64,000 nt of DNA. Source: an uncultured delta proteobacterium (GTDB lineage Bacteria; Myxococcota; Myxococcia; Myxococcales; Myxococcaceae). Position numbers and translations under genes: made by a program. Below, one piece after another: positions 41,950-51,967 of the stretch. The stretch lies in NCBI GenBank assembly GCA_963713045.1, contig CAVQKE010000007.1, positions 64,001-128,000 of the forward strand, in the 5' to 3' direction. The notes below the pieces were generated by a model, which was not told the DNA's origin, did no database searches, and saw only the letters and a program-made list of their open reading frames with translations. Every line of letters begins with the position of its first letter. Position 1 is the first letter of the stretch.

Positions 41950-41957
41950 GTCTCACC

Positions 41958-42860
41958 TCACTTCTGCAAATAGGCATCGAGCACGCGCTCGCGTGGCCGG
42001 CATTTTTTTGACAATTCGGCCTGCCGCTGGCGGACGAGTGCGTCGTATGTCGGCGGCGGGTTGGGGTTGCGGTAGAAGACTCCGGTGTAGAGTTCCTTTC
42101 CGTAGGCGCGCGCCAGGTCCAATGCCGCCAGCTGGTTGGCCGCATCGTGCCCCAGGCTGGCCAAGGGTTTCATCTTCGTCTTGTGGGCCCGTAGTTGCTG
42201 CTCCTCCTCGCCGAATGTCACACAAGGCGACTGAATGTTGACGAAGGAGAAACCCGGGTAACGGAGCGCTTCTTCGATGAGCGCCGCCATGCCGGGCATA
42301 TCTGCCGGCGTCGCCTGCGCCACAAAGCCTGCCCCGTAGGCGAGCACGTACAGCAAGGGATTGATGGGCTCCTCGAGGCTTCCGAAGGGTGAGGTGACGG
42401 TGTGGAGGCCTCTGGGGGCGGTGGGGGAAAGCTGGCCCTTGGTGAGGCCGTACACCTGGTTGTCCATGACGAGATAGGTGAGGTCGATGTTGCGACGGAT
42501 GGCGTGGGCGACGTGTCCGCCTCCAATGGAGAAGCCGTCGCCGTCGCCGCCCGCCACCACCACCAACAGCTCGGGCCTGGCCAGCTTGACGCCCTGGGCA
42601 ATGGGAAGCGCTCGCCCATGCACGCTGTTGAAGCCGTAGGCGGTGGTGTACCCGGGGATGCGGCTCGAGCAGCCAATTCCGGAGATGAAGGCAATCTCGT
42701 GTGGCTCTCGCCCAAGGCCGCTCAGGGCGCGGTACAGCCCCTGCAGGACACCGAAGTCCCCGCACCCTGGGCACCAGATGGGTTTGAGCTCGCTCTTGTA
42801 GTCCTTGGGCTGATGCGCGGCCGCGGCGCGGGGTTGCACGGGCTTGGTTTGCAGTTCCAC
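41958..42860 (-). CDS. korB: 2-oxoacid:ferredoxin oxidoreductase beta subunit
   Basis: WCPGCGDFG, SGIGCSSR, HGRALP, GGDGD, MDNQVYGLTKGQ, SPCVTF. Substrate not determinable from sequence. Confidence 0.93.
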   Translation of the reverse strand: MELQTKPVQPRAAAAHQPKDYKSELKPIWCPGCGDFGVLQGLYRALSGLGREPHEIAFISGIGCSSRIPGYTTAYGFNSVHGRALPIAQGVKLARPELLVVVAGGDGDGFSIGGGHVAHAIRRNIDLTYLVMDNQVYGLTKGQLSPTAPRGLHTVTSPFGSLEEPINPLLYVLAYGAGFVAQATPADMPGMAALIEEALRYPGFSFVNIQSPCVTFGEEEQQLRAHKTKMKPLASLGHDAANQLAALDLARAYGKELYTGVFYRNPNPPPTYDALVRQRQAELSKKCRPRERVLDAYLQK

Positions 42861-42861
42861 G

Positions 42862-44619
42862 TCAGCTCTCCGCCATCGCGAGCTCGGACAGCTTGTCGAG
42901 CACTTCGCTGGGCTGGAAGGGGTTGGCACCACTTCGGGCGAACGGCAGGACACCCTTCGGGACGTCCACAAACATCCTCAAAACTCTGTAGAGCTGCGCT
43001 TGGTAGGAAAGCTCGACGACCAGGCCGGCGCGGACGGAGACGAAGAAGTCCTGGTACACCTGCTCGGCCACTGGGTACACCAGGGTGGGGACGAGCAGCT
43101 TCACGTCCAGTCCCCGGGCGCGGGCGAGTTGGAAGGCCTCCCGGGCGACGCCGGCAGTGCTTCCCCAGCTGACCAGCGCGTAGCGTGCGTTGTCGTTGCC
43201 CTCTATCTGAAAGAGGTCCCGTCGCTGTTTGAGTGGCTCCAGCTTCTTGAAGCGCTTCTCATTCATCCTTTGGTGCATCGCGCCGCTGGCCGTCGGGTCT
43301 CCGTGCTCGTTGTGCTCAATCCCTGAGCCGAGGTAGGTGCAGCCGGGCATTCCCGGGTGACCCACCGGGCTGATGCCGGATTCGGTGAGACGAAAGCGCT
43401 GGTAGTCGCCGACCTCAGCGCCTGTCGGTAATAGGCGGTGCTCCAGGGTGAATTGCGAGGTGTCGATGGCGTCGACAGTTTCCTTGCGCTGAGCAATTTC
43501 CTGGTCCGAGAGGATGATGACCGGCGTCTGGTATTTCTCAGCGAGGTTGAACGCCTCCACCGTCACGCCGAAGGTGTCGGCCACGGAGGTTGGGGCCAGC
43601 ACCGGGCGCACCACGTCACCATGCGCGGAAAAGGCTGCCTGGAAGAGGTCCGCCTGCTCAGGCTTGGTGGGGATTCCGGTGGAGGGACCGCCGCGCTGCA
43701 CATTCAGCACCACCAGCGGTAGTTCGCTGATGGTGGCCAAACCGAGAATCTCCGTCTTCAGCGCCATCCCGGGGCCGGAGGTGGCAGTCATCGACTTCTT
43801 CCCGGCGTAGGAGGCCCCCAGCGCCGCGCCGATGCCGCTGATTTCGTCCTCGGCTTGGAGGACGACGCCGCCGTGCTGCCACAGCTCCCTGGAAAGCGTT
43901 TGCATCACCTCGGTCGACGGAGTGATGGGGTAGCCGCCGAAGAATTCCACGCCGCTGAAGATGGCCCCCGCAGCGCACATGTCGTTGCCGTCGCAGAGCA
44001 TCCGGTTGGCTGCCACCGCGATGGGCCTGGCAAGCACTCGGGACTCGGCCAAGGGGTGCGTCTGGGAATATTCAAAGCCGCTCGCCAGGGCACGCTCGTT
44101 GGCCTCGAAAAGCCCCGCGCCCTTGTCGCCAAACTTCTTCTTCAAGCCTCGCAGCAGTGCCGCTCGAGGAATGTCGAGCCAGCCCGAGATGAGGCCCAGC
44201 ACCACGCTGGTCTTTGCCTTGTCGGTGCCAGCGGCCTTTTTGGCCATCTCGGTGATGGGGACGGAGAAGACGAGTTCCCGCGAAAGTGGACGGGTCGCCG
44301 CCGTCTCGGGCGGAGGCCCCGCCTTCTCCTCATGAATGACGAGAGTGGAGCGACCGAGGGGAAGCTCAGCTCCAAAGCGGAAAAAGTCTTCCCAGTTGAG
44401 GACCACCGCGACGTCGAGCATTCCGCCGGGATTGAGAACTTGCCGGCAGGAGAGGCGCACGCGGCAGGAAGACTCGCCGCCGCGAATTTGTGAGCCGAAG
44501 CTCTTGGTCATCATCGCGTGGTAGCCCTCGGACGAAGCCGCAGCCAGCAGCGATTCGCCCGCGCTCACGACTCCGTCGCCACCGGAGCCAGCCATGCCCA
44601 CGACCAGGTCATCCACCAT
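42862..44619 (-). CDS. korA: 2-oxoacid:ferredoxin oxidoreductase alpha (gamma-alpha fused) subunit
   Basis: GSGGDGVVSAG, SQIRGG, GYPITPSTE, QAEDE, TSGPG, QRGGPSTGIPTK. Substrate not determinable from sequence. Confidence 0.93.
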   Translation of the reverse strand: MVDDLVVGMAGSGGDGVVSAGESLLAAASSEGYHAMMTKSFGSQIRGGESSCRVRLSCRQVLNPGGMLDVAVVLNWEDFFRFGAELPLGRSTLVIHEEKAGPPPETAATRPLSRELVFSVPITEMAKKAAGTDKAKTSVVLGLISGWLDIPRAALLRGLKKKFGDKGAGLFEANERALASGFEYSQTHPLAESRVLARPIAVAANRMLCDGNDMCAAGAIFSGVEFFGGYPITPSTEVMQTLSRELWQHGGVVLQAEDEISGIGAALGASYAGKKSMTATSGPGMALKTEILGLATISELPLVVLNVQRGGPSTGIPTKPEQADLFQAAFSAHGDVVRPVLAPTSVADTFGVTVEAFNLAEKYQTPVIILSDQEIAQRKETVDAIDTSQFTLEHRLLPTGAEVGDYQRFRLTESGISPVGHPGMPGCTYLGSGIEHNEHGDPTASGAMHQRMNEKRFKKLEPLKQRRDLFQIEGNDNARYALVSWGSTAGVAREAFQLARARGLDVKLLVPTLVYPVAEQVYQDFFVSVRAGLVVELSYQAQLYRVLRMFVDVPKGVLPFARSGANPFQPSEVLDKLSELAMAES

Positions 44620-45055
44620 GGGAGAATTCCGGCGGGCCAACCGTGGCAACCACGGTTGGCGAAGAAGCGGCCAAGTTCCGCCGGAGAAGCGAGAAATGCG
44701 CGTGGCTTTCGGCACGACGCAGAATCTGCGGGCCAAAACTGGGCGGTCTTTGAAAAGCGGCTGGCATGCCGGAATTCCCTTCGAGAAGTGCGGTTGTCGC
44801 ACCGGCCCTCATGCACGAGCCGTGCACACTCCCAGGGTCGTTGGCCGCGGCGCGTTAGTCATTGGCCTTGGCGTCCACGGCCTCCTACTGGTCCTGGACG
44901 TGCCCGAAGAGGTCATCGGCGACTGTGGCCTCCTGCTTGGCAGCCCGCCCCAGCTGCTGGACACGGCCCTTTTCAATGTGGATGGCTCGCCAATGACTTG
45001 ACGGACCCGCGCCCGGGTCCTTGGCGTGAGTGGGCAGCCTTTCCGCCGCAAAAAA

Positions 45056-45143
45056 TGCTCGGGCCCAGAATCGAACTGGGACGTTCCCATGAAGGAACCG
45101 CGGATTTTAAGTCCGCTGCGTCTACCGGTTTCGCCACCCGAGC
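45056..45143 (-). tRNA. tRNA-Leu(TAA)
   Basis: GCTCGGG acceptor stem pairs with CCCGAGC; D-arm TGGCGAAACCGGTAGACGC; anticodon loop CT-TAA-AA; long variable arm GGTTCC/GGAAC; T-loop TTCGATT; CCA not encoded. Confidence 0.96.
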
Positions 45144-45308
45144 AGGGGTATGAGGCGTTGGAAGGTATATGGCACGTGGCGTGTGGAGCGGGAACTGGTC
45201 GCGCAGGGCGCCGTTGGTAGGGTGACGCCGCGCTTGAAACAGCGAGGGGCCACGACGTACCCACGGCTGCAGCCGCGCTTCCGCCTAACCGCGGTGCGCC
45301 GCCAAGGA

Positions 45309-45740
45309 CTATGGCCCAGACGGTGCTGAGCGCGAGAACCACAAGGCGAGCGCGAGGCAGAGGGCGCTCGCCGCACTTAAGACCACCGGCGGAAGAAAAA
45401 AGAACTGAACCACGAGGCCCAGCACAGCCACATTGGCGACCAGAAAAGCGAGGAGGATGGGACGCAGGCGATGGGCTTCCTTCACCGCGAGCGTTGCCAG
45501 AAACCACAGGACCACGGCCTCCAGCAACAAGAGAACGCTCACCGTGAGGCCGAATCCCTCGTAGAAATCCCAGTACGTCCTTTCCGCTCCGAGCACCTCG
45601 AAGCGGTAGGACTTCATGCCGCCAATCACCGCGTTGGTGGCGCCGCCCTGCGACGGCGTCCAGGGCACCCCGGCGGAATGGCCGAGGAAGTAGAGGAAGC
45701 TCAGGACCGAGGCGGCACGCAGAAACGTGGGTGGCTTCAT
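45309..45740 (-). CDS. Small multi-TM membrane protein
   Basis: LRAASV...GH..G, MKSYRFEVLGAERTYWDFYEGFG, FFLPP; about four hydrophobic segments. Confidence 0.8.
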   Translation of the reverse strand: MKPPTFLRAASVLSFLYFLGHSAGVPWTPSQGGATNAVIGGMKSYRFEVLGAERTYWDFYEGFGLTVSVLLLLEAVVLWFLATLAVKEAHRLRPILLAFLVANVAVLGLVVQFFFLPPVVLSAASALCLALALWFSRSAPSGP

Positions 45741-45862
45741 GAGGCGCGAGGCGAGAGTCGTCATCAGGGGGGTGTCCCGTGAAGCGGAGGTTCTACTGCG
45801 GAGTTTCTCTTGTTCCCAAGGGCCTCGATTGTCCGTTCGCCAAGTCACACCCTCCTCCGTCG

Positions 45863-46086
45863 GTGGTGTCAGAGCTACCCGGACATGCTGGAGACCGTCA
45901 CCAAGGGTTTTCGAGCCGCCAAAGCGCTGTTGGCTGGCCGTGAGGAACTCACCGCGGAGTTGGTGGAGGAGTCTCTCCGCGACGTCCGCGTCTCCTTGCT
46001 GGAGGCCGACGTCGGCTGGGAGATGGTGAAGTCCTTCGTCGCACGGGTGCGGGAGAAGCTGGTGGGCCAACCGTCCAGACGCGGGC
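45863..46086 (+). pseudogene. Diverged partial copy of the ffh 5' end and its upstream motif
   Basis: ATG 45885 MLETVTKGFRAAKALLAGREELTAELVEESLRDVRVSLLEADVGWEMVKSFVARVREK aligns with 49137-49339 with scattered substitutions and a 1-bp deletion; upstream GTGGTGT.AGAGC is shared. Confidence 0.93.
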
Positions 46087-46241
46087 AAGCGTTGCCCGCA
46101 TAATTCCCCCCCAACAGTTGCGCGAAGGCCCATCCCATAGGGCCGTCAGCGAGTCGCTGCGTGCGGGCCGGGCGCGAGCGGTATCGCGCGCCTCCTTGAG
46201 CGGCAGGCGCGGGTTGGTCGGGGGGGGCTTTCGCGCTGGAC

Positions 46242-46276
46242 AAGTCCGCTGCGTCTACCGGTTTCGCCACCCGAGC
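46242..46276 (-). repeat. Exact 35-bp copy of the 5' half of tRNA-Leu, ending in the anticodon loop
   Basis: aagtccgctgcgtctaccggtttcgccacccgagc is identical to 45109-45143. Confidence 0.95.
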
Positions 46277-46739
46277 TGCTGCTGTGGATGCAGAGGTCGT
46301 TTGGGGCCACGGTGGGCACCCCAGAATAAGCACCCCAACCCGCACCGGTGTGACGTCCGGCGTGGAATTTGCGCCCACCAAGCCGGTCGCCGAGACGCGC
46401 GAGGCGGGAGAGTGCCACTCGCGCGAGCGGATGGCAGCGAACTGACTCGTCTTCAAGCAGGCCCGGAGCTTTCGAGCTCGGCTTGGAGACGAGGCAGTGA
46501 AGGACAAAGCCGTTGCCTTAGCGATTCGTCGAGAGGTAAATGGTACAGGCAGGCAAGCAGCCGGTCGTTCGGCCGATTCGAAATGACCGAGCACCAAAGG
46601 GGGGAGTCATTCGAGGCTTTGCCATCAGAGGCGTTGCCGGCGCGCAAGGCGGGCCACGCCTTTGGTCGAGGCCCTCTTACGGCTCTGGGCGGCGCCCAAC
46701 CGTCGCGTCTTCCAGAGACTGGAAGCGAGCCTGGGGCCT

Positions 46740-48898
46740 CGACGCGTGGACGCGGAGGAAACGGCTGGCGGCGGTTTTGGGACTCGCTCTCTTGGCCGGG
46801 TGTCAGTCATCAACAACACCCCAGTGCAATCCCGCCAGCGCACCCAGCCCCTCTCTCTTGGGCCGGTGAGGGCGAACTTGCCTGGAGCCTCGCCGGGGCA
46901 GACGAGGCGAGCATCGACAACGGCATTGGCGCCCTCAACCCCGTGTACGCCTCCGGGCTGAGTGGCGGGGAGTTGTCCTCAACCACGACATTCACCCTGA
47001 CGGCGACCAACTCCTACGGCACAGCAACGACGAACGCGAACGGGTCTGGGTCCGGGCCCACCATCAATTCTTTTACGGCATACCCGTTCGCCCTCGGAGA
47101 AGGAGGAGGGGAGGTCACGCTCAACTGGAGCGTCCTGGCGAGCGATTCCACCACGCTGAGCATTGACAATGGCGTTGGCGACGTGACGAAGACCAATCCC
47201 CGTTCTGCGCCACCCATTTCAGTCACCAAGACGACGACCTTCACGCTGACCGCAACCCAGGGGACCTACCAAAGCACAGCGACCACGACGGTCGTCGTCG
47301 GCAACGGGCTGAGTAACAACTGCCAAGGGCCCACCATCTATGGTGCCTTCTACACGCCTGGATACTCAACAACGCCCTGCCAGCTCACCTGGAACGTCGG
47401 CAATCAGAGCAATGTGAGCTTCGACAATGGCGTCGGGGATGTGGATGCTCCTGGAGGTCGGCCGAATGTGGTGGGGAACCTCGTCGTGACACCCTGCCCG
47501 ACGCCCTACGCCGTCTACACGCTTACGGCATCCAATCCCTGGGGGACGACTACCCTCAAGGTCCCGACCGGTAATGACACCGTGACGAGGGTCTTTCCAA
47601 GCGCCGGACCCCCAGCAGGCGGGACGCCGGTGACCATCACTGGAAGCAACTTTGGGCTGTTGAGCACGGTTAGTTTCGGCGGGAACCAGGCCACGGGTGT
47701 CGTCGTCAACAGTCTGACCAGTATCTCCGCAATCACGCCCCCAGGAGCTGCAGGTGCAGTTGACGTCACCGTCGATGTTTTTCCCACCGGGTCCTTCACG
47801 CTGCCAGGGGGCTTCACCTACAGCGTACTTGCCCCAACCATTGCGAGCATCGCTCCCACGAGCGGACCAACGGCTGGAGGGACACCGGTGACCATTACTG
47901 GAACGAACTTCGAAGCCGGAGCGGTTGTTGCGTTTGGTATCAGCCCGGCAGCGGGTGTCGTCGTCAACAGCCCAACCAGCATCTCCGCCACCACGCCCGC
48001 TTCATTTTCCTCAGCAGCGGGCCCGGTCAACGTCACGGTGATGACCGGCGGACAGACGGCCCAACTGCCGGAGGGCTTCACGTATATTGCCCCTGCGCCC
48101 ACCATCGCGAGCATCTCTCCCACCGGCGGCCCGCCGGTAGGCGGGACACCCGTCACCATCCTCGGTACCGGCTTTCAGATTGGAGCCTCGGTCGACTTCG
48201 GCTCAGCGGCGGCCACCGGCGTCACCGTCACCGGTCCGGGCAGCATCTCCGCCACCACCCCCGCCGGCACCGCAGGCGCAGTCGTTGGCGTCACAGTCAC
48301 CAATCCCGACACCCAATCCTCCACGCTGCCAGGGGCGTTCACCTACGCCACCAGCGCACCGCCGCCCACCATCGCGAGCATTTCCCCTAGCGGCGGCCCA
48401 GCAGCAGGTGGGACAGCGGTCAGCATCGCCGGAAGCAACTTCCAGTCTGGAGCGACGGTGACGTTTGGTACGGCATCGGCGACGGGTGTCACCGTCAACA
48501 GCGCATCCAATATTTCCGCCACCACCCCCGCCGGCGCCGCAGGCGCAGTGGTTGGCGTCACGGTGACAAACCCCGACACCCAATCGGCCACGCTGCCAGG
48601 GGCTTTCACCTATGCCGGTAGCATAGGGGCGCCAACCATCGTCAGCTTCGCCGCCAGCCCAAACACGCTGACGGCAAGCGGCGGCATCGTCACGCTGAGT
48701 TGGAGTGTGACTGGCGCAACTTCCTTGAGCATCGACAATGGTGTTGGAAGCGTGACGCCGGTGACGACGGGCACCACCTATGTCAGCATTCCCGGAAACT
48801 CCAGTGGCCAACCGGAAACGGTGACATTCATCTTGTCCGCCACCAACTCCTCCGGGACCAACATGGCCAGCGCCATCGTCACCGTGGAGAACATTTGA
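46740..48898 (+). CDS. Surface protein with four IPT/TIG domains and Ig-like repeats; probable lipoprotein, start uncertain
   Basis: Four P..GP..GGT.V.I.G..F repeats and several L.W.V....SIDNG.G...F.LTATN modules; signal-like RRKRLAAVLGLALLAGC lies in another frame near 46750-46805, implying a frameshift. Confidence 0.8.
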
Positions 48899-49136
48899 GC
48901 CACTGCCCGCTGCAACTTTAGCCCACCCCTAAGCCGTAGCGGCCGCAGAGCTAGCAGAAGGCTTCGCGAGGAGTCGGACACTTACAGAGCGAGCCACCAT
49001 CAGGCGGAACCTAACGGGCCTTGCTGCTTCAAGTCGGCTGCGTCCATCCAGTCTCCCCTGCCCTCCTTTCTGTCCTTTTGCAAGTTTTCCGGGTGAGTCG
49101 CCTCGGCCTGCGCCCGTGGTGTAAGAGCAACGCTCC

Positions 49137-50765
49137 ATGCTGGAAACCGTCACCAAGGGTTTTCGAGCCGCCAAAGCGCGGTTGGCTGGCCGTGAGGAGC
49201 TGACTCCGGAGCTGGTGGAGGAGTCCCTCCGCGACGTCCGCGTCTCTTTGCTGGAGGCCGACGTCGCCTTCGAGGTGGTGAAGTCCTTCGTCGCACGGGT
49301 GCGGGAGAAGGCGGTGGGCCAAACCGTCCAGACGCGGGCCACCGACCGGTCCGGGCGGACGCTGAAGGCTTCAGCCGCCGACCAATTCGTCAAGATTTGT
49401 CACGACGAGTTGGAGGCGCTGATGGGGCCAGTGGACACCGGCCTCTCTCTGAAGCCGAAGGGGCAGGTGTCGGGCGTCATGCTGGTTGGGCTACAGGGTT
49501 CCGGGAAGACCACCACCACCGCCAAGCTGGCCAGCCACTTACTTCAGGAGGGCCGCAAGCCGCTGTTGGTTGCGGCCGACGTCCAGCGCCCGGCGGCCGT
49601 GGAACAGCTGCAGACGCTAGGCAGCCGCATCGGTGTGCCGGTTTTCTTCCAAGGCGGGCTGACCCCACCGCAGCTGGCGCAAGCCGGCTATGCCGCCGCT
49701 CGGGAGCAGAAGCGCGACGTGGTGCTGCTGGACACCGCCGGCCGGCTGGCCATCGACGAGGCGTTGATGGCCGAGCTTCAGGCGATGAAGGCGTCGGTGC
49801 ACCCGGACTCTGTCCTTCTGGTGTGCGACGCGATGATTGGCCAGGACGCCGTCCGGACGGCGAGCGAATTCAACCGCCTGCTGGGCCTGGATGGCTTCAT
49901 CCTCACCAAGTTGGACGGGGACGCGCGTGGCGGCGCAGCGCTCTCCATCAAGGAAGTCACGGGCAAGCCCATCAAATTCCTCGGCCTCGGGGAGGGGCTG
50001 GACCGCTTAGAGGAATTCCGCCCGGCCGGGCTGGCGAGCCGCATCCTCGGCTTCGGCGACATCGTCGGCCTGATGAAGGACTTCGAATCGGTGGTGGACG
50101 AGGAGAAGGCCGAGGCGGACGCCGCCAAGCTGCTCTCCGGCACCTTTAACCTGAAGGATTTCGTCGAGCAGATACGCACCGTCCGAAAAATGGGGCCCAT
50201 CAAGGACCTCCTCGAGAAGTTTCCAGTCTTCGGTGAGATGTCCGAGCAGCTCAACCCCGATGAGAAGGAACTGGGCAAAATCGAAGCGCTTTACGACTCG
50301 ATGACGGAGAAGGAACGGCTGCAGCCGAGTCTCATCAACGACTCGCGCGCGGCCCGGATTGCCCGCGGCTCAGGGCGCTCCAAGAAGGACGTCGGCGAGT
50401 TGATGGGAAAGTACCGGATGATGCAGCAGGTGATGGGCGCCGTCGGGCAAAACCCCAGCCTCCTCGGCCGCATCCCCGGCTTCAAGCAGCTTGGACAGCT
50501 GGCCCGGATGAAGAACATGGACATGGGCGCCCTGTTTGGCAAAGACGCCGCGATGATGGAGCAAGCCCTCGGCGGCCGAGGGCCCATGCCGATGCCGAGC
50601 CTGGCACCCGGCTACACTTCGCCGATGGGGCAGGCGGCCATGAACCGCGCGCGACTGATGGGCTACTCCAACGCACCGGCCAGCAAGCCTTTGGACCGCA
50701 ACGCGCTCAATGAAAAACGCAAGCGCGAGCGACAGGCCCGGAAGAAGAACCGCAAGCGGCGGTAA
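49137..50765 (+). CDS. ffh: Signal recognition particle protein
   Basis: LLEADV, GLQGSGKTTT, DTAGR, TKLDGDARGG, Met-rich M domain, RIARGSG. Confidence 0.98.
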   Translation: MLETVTKGFRAAKARLAGREELTPELVEESLRDVRVSLLEADVAFEVVKSFVARVREKAVGQTVQTRATDRSGRTLKASAADQFVKICHDELEALMGPVDTGLSLKPKGQVSGVMLVGLQGSGKTTTTAKLASHLLQEGRKPLLVAADVQRPAAVEQLQTLGSRIGVPVFFQGGLTPPQLAQAGYAAAREQKRDVVLLDTAGRLAIDEALMAELQAMKASVHPDSVLLVCDAMIGQDAVRTASEFNRLLGLDGFILTKLDGDARGGAALSIKEVTGKPIKFLGLGEGLDRLEEFRPAGLASRILGFGDIVGLMKDFESVVDEEKAEADAAKLLSGTFNLKDFVEQIRTVRKMGPIKDLLEKFPVFGEMSEQLNPDEKELGKIEALYDSMTEKERLQPSLINDSRAARIARGSGRSKKDVGELMGKYRMMQQVMGAVGQNPSLLGRIPGFKQLGQLARMKNMDMGALFGKDAAMMEQALGGRGPMPMPSLAPGYTSPMGQAAMNRARLMGYSNAPASKPLDRNALNEKRKRERQARKKNRKRR

Positions 50766-50816
50766 CCCATCCCTCGCGGGCTTGCCGGGGCAGTGTCGCT
50801 TCGGTCCCGACGGTCC

Positions 50817-51932
50817 TCACTCGGCCTCGCCCGGTTCTGGCTCGACGTGCTTCGGGACGACCAAGCCTCGGGACAGGCGTCGGAGCACTTTCAGCCGTTG
50901 GCGGTGCTTGTAGCGGACATGGGCGCTGTCCCCCAATTCATTGGTGGAGGCAGTGCGCTCGTCGAGCATCTGGAATTCGACAAGGGTAAAGGTGATGCGA
51001 CCCTTCCTCTCCCGCACATCCTCTTCCGGCGGTGGCAGCCAGGCGTCTAACCGCAGGGGCAGGTCGACCACAAAGTTGAGGACCCGGTAGGCGGCACCAC
51101 TGAAGGGGTTCCCGGCGGTTCCCTCGCGGTCCTCGAAATTCGGGTCCAGGTGCAGGTCGTTGGCGTGCGCCGCGAAGTGCGGGAAGTCGCGCAGCAAGCT
51201 TTTAAAGGGCAAGAGCGAATTTTCGGTCTGGCCCGGGACGACGAAGTTGAAGGGAAACAGGCGCTGGGTCAGGAAGTACAGCACCGGGAGGATGTCGCCT
51301 CGGCTGCGGGTGACGATGCGGAAGCGGGTCTTGTCGTAAATCTGCGCGGCAACCGTCTCCTTCTTGGCGAGCAGCTTGGTGATGAGGGACTCGCGCGTCT
51401 TGACCGAGTGGTAGAATTCACAGATGGGCAGCCCCTTGGCGCGGGCTTCCTCCATCGCCCCCGACACCTTGCGGATGGCCATCTCGGCCAGGGCGGCTTC
51501 GGACACCGCCAACCGGTACTGAAGGTCTCGTCCCTCAATGTGCTGCACCACGTGCATGCATTTGAGAACGATGCAGGCAATGCGCCGTAACCGCGCTTCT
51601 TTGACGCCGGAGGCGTAGAGAAACAAGTCGTGGACTTCGGCCGGGCGCGCCACCGCGTCCGCCACCCGGTAGCCGAAGGTCCCCCGGAGGTATTCGACGG
51701 CATCCGCCAGCACCGCACGGGCCCAGGCCTCATCGTGGTGGTTGCTGAGGTCCAGACAGCACAACCGCAGAAAGCGGTCCACCTCGTCCCGGGTGCGGAA
51801 AATGGGGCGACGCCAGTCGACGATGCTGCCGCCGCGCAGGATGAGACGGACCCGTTCCAATTCCTTGAGGCCCATCTCCTGGACGGGCCGAACCGGCAAG
51901 TCGGGCAACGACGGCTCGAGCGGAAGTCGCAT
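50817..51932 (-). CDS. Conserved myxobacterial protein (TIGR04552-like)
   Basis: LILRGGSIVDW, SLITKLLAKKETVAAQIYDKTRFRIVT, LVEFQ, NELGDSAH.RYK.RQ. Confidence 0.8.
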   Translation of the reverse strand: MRLPLEPSLPDLPVRPVQEMGLKELERVRLILRGGSIVDWRRPIFRTRDEVDRFLRLCCLDLSNHHDEAWARAVLADAVEYLRGTFGYRVADAVARPAEVHDLFLYASGVKEARLRRIACIVLKCMHVVQHIEGRDLQYRLAVSEAALAEMAIRKVSGAMEEARAKGLPICEFYHSVKTRESLITKLLAKKETVAAQIYDKTRFRIVTRSRGDILPVLYFLTQRLFPFNFVVPGQTENSLLPFKSLLRDFPHFAAHANDLHLDPNFEDREGTAGNPFSGAAYRVLNFVVDLPLRLDAWLPPPEEDVRERKGRITFTLVEFQMLDERTASTNELGDSAHVRYKHRQRLKVLRRLSRGLVVPKHVEPEPGEAE

Positions 51933-51967
51933 CGCAGCGGGAGGGAGGGGCCTTGTGGAGAAGCGCG

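Noticed and set aside
44820..45000. Coding-like minus-strand fragment with two in-frame stops upstream of korA
   Set aside because: Too short and no recognisable family; cannot support a pseudogene or recoding call.
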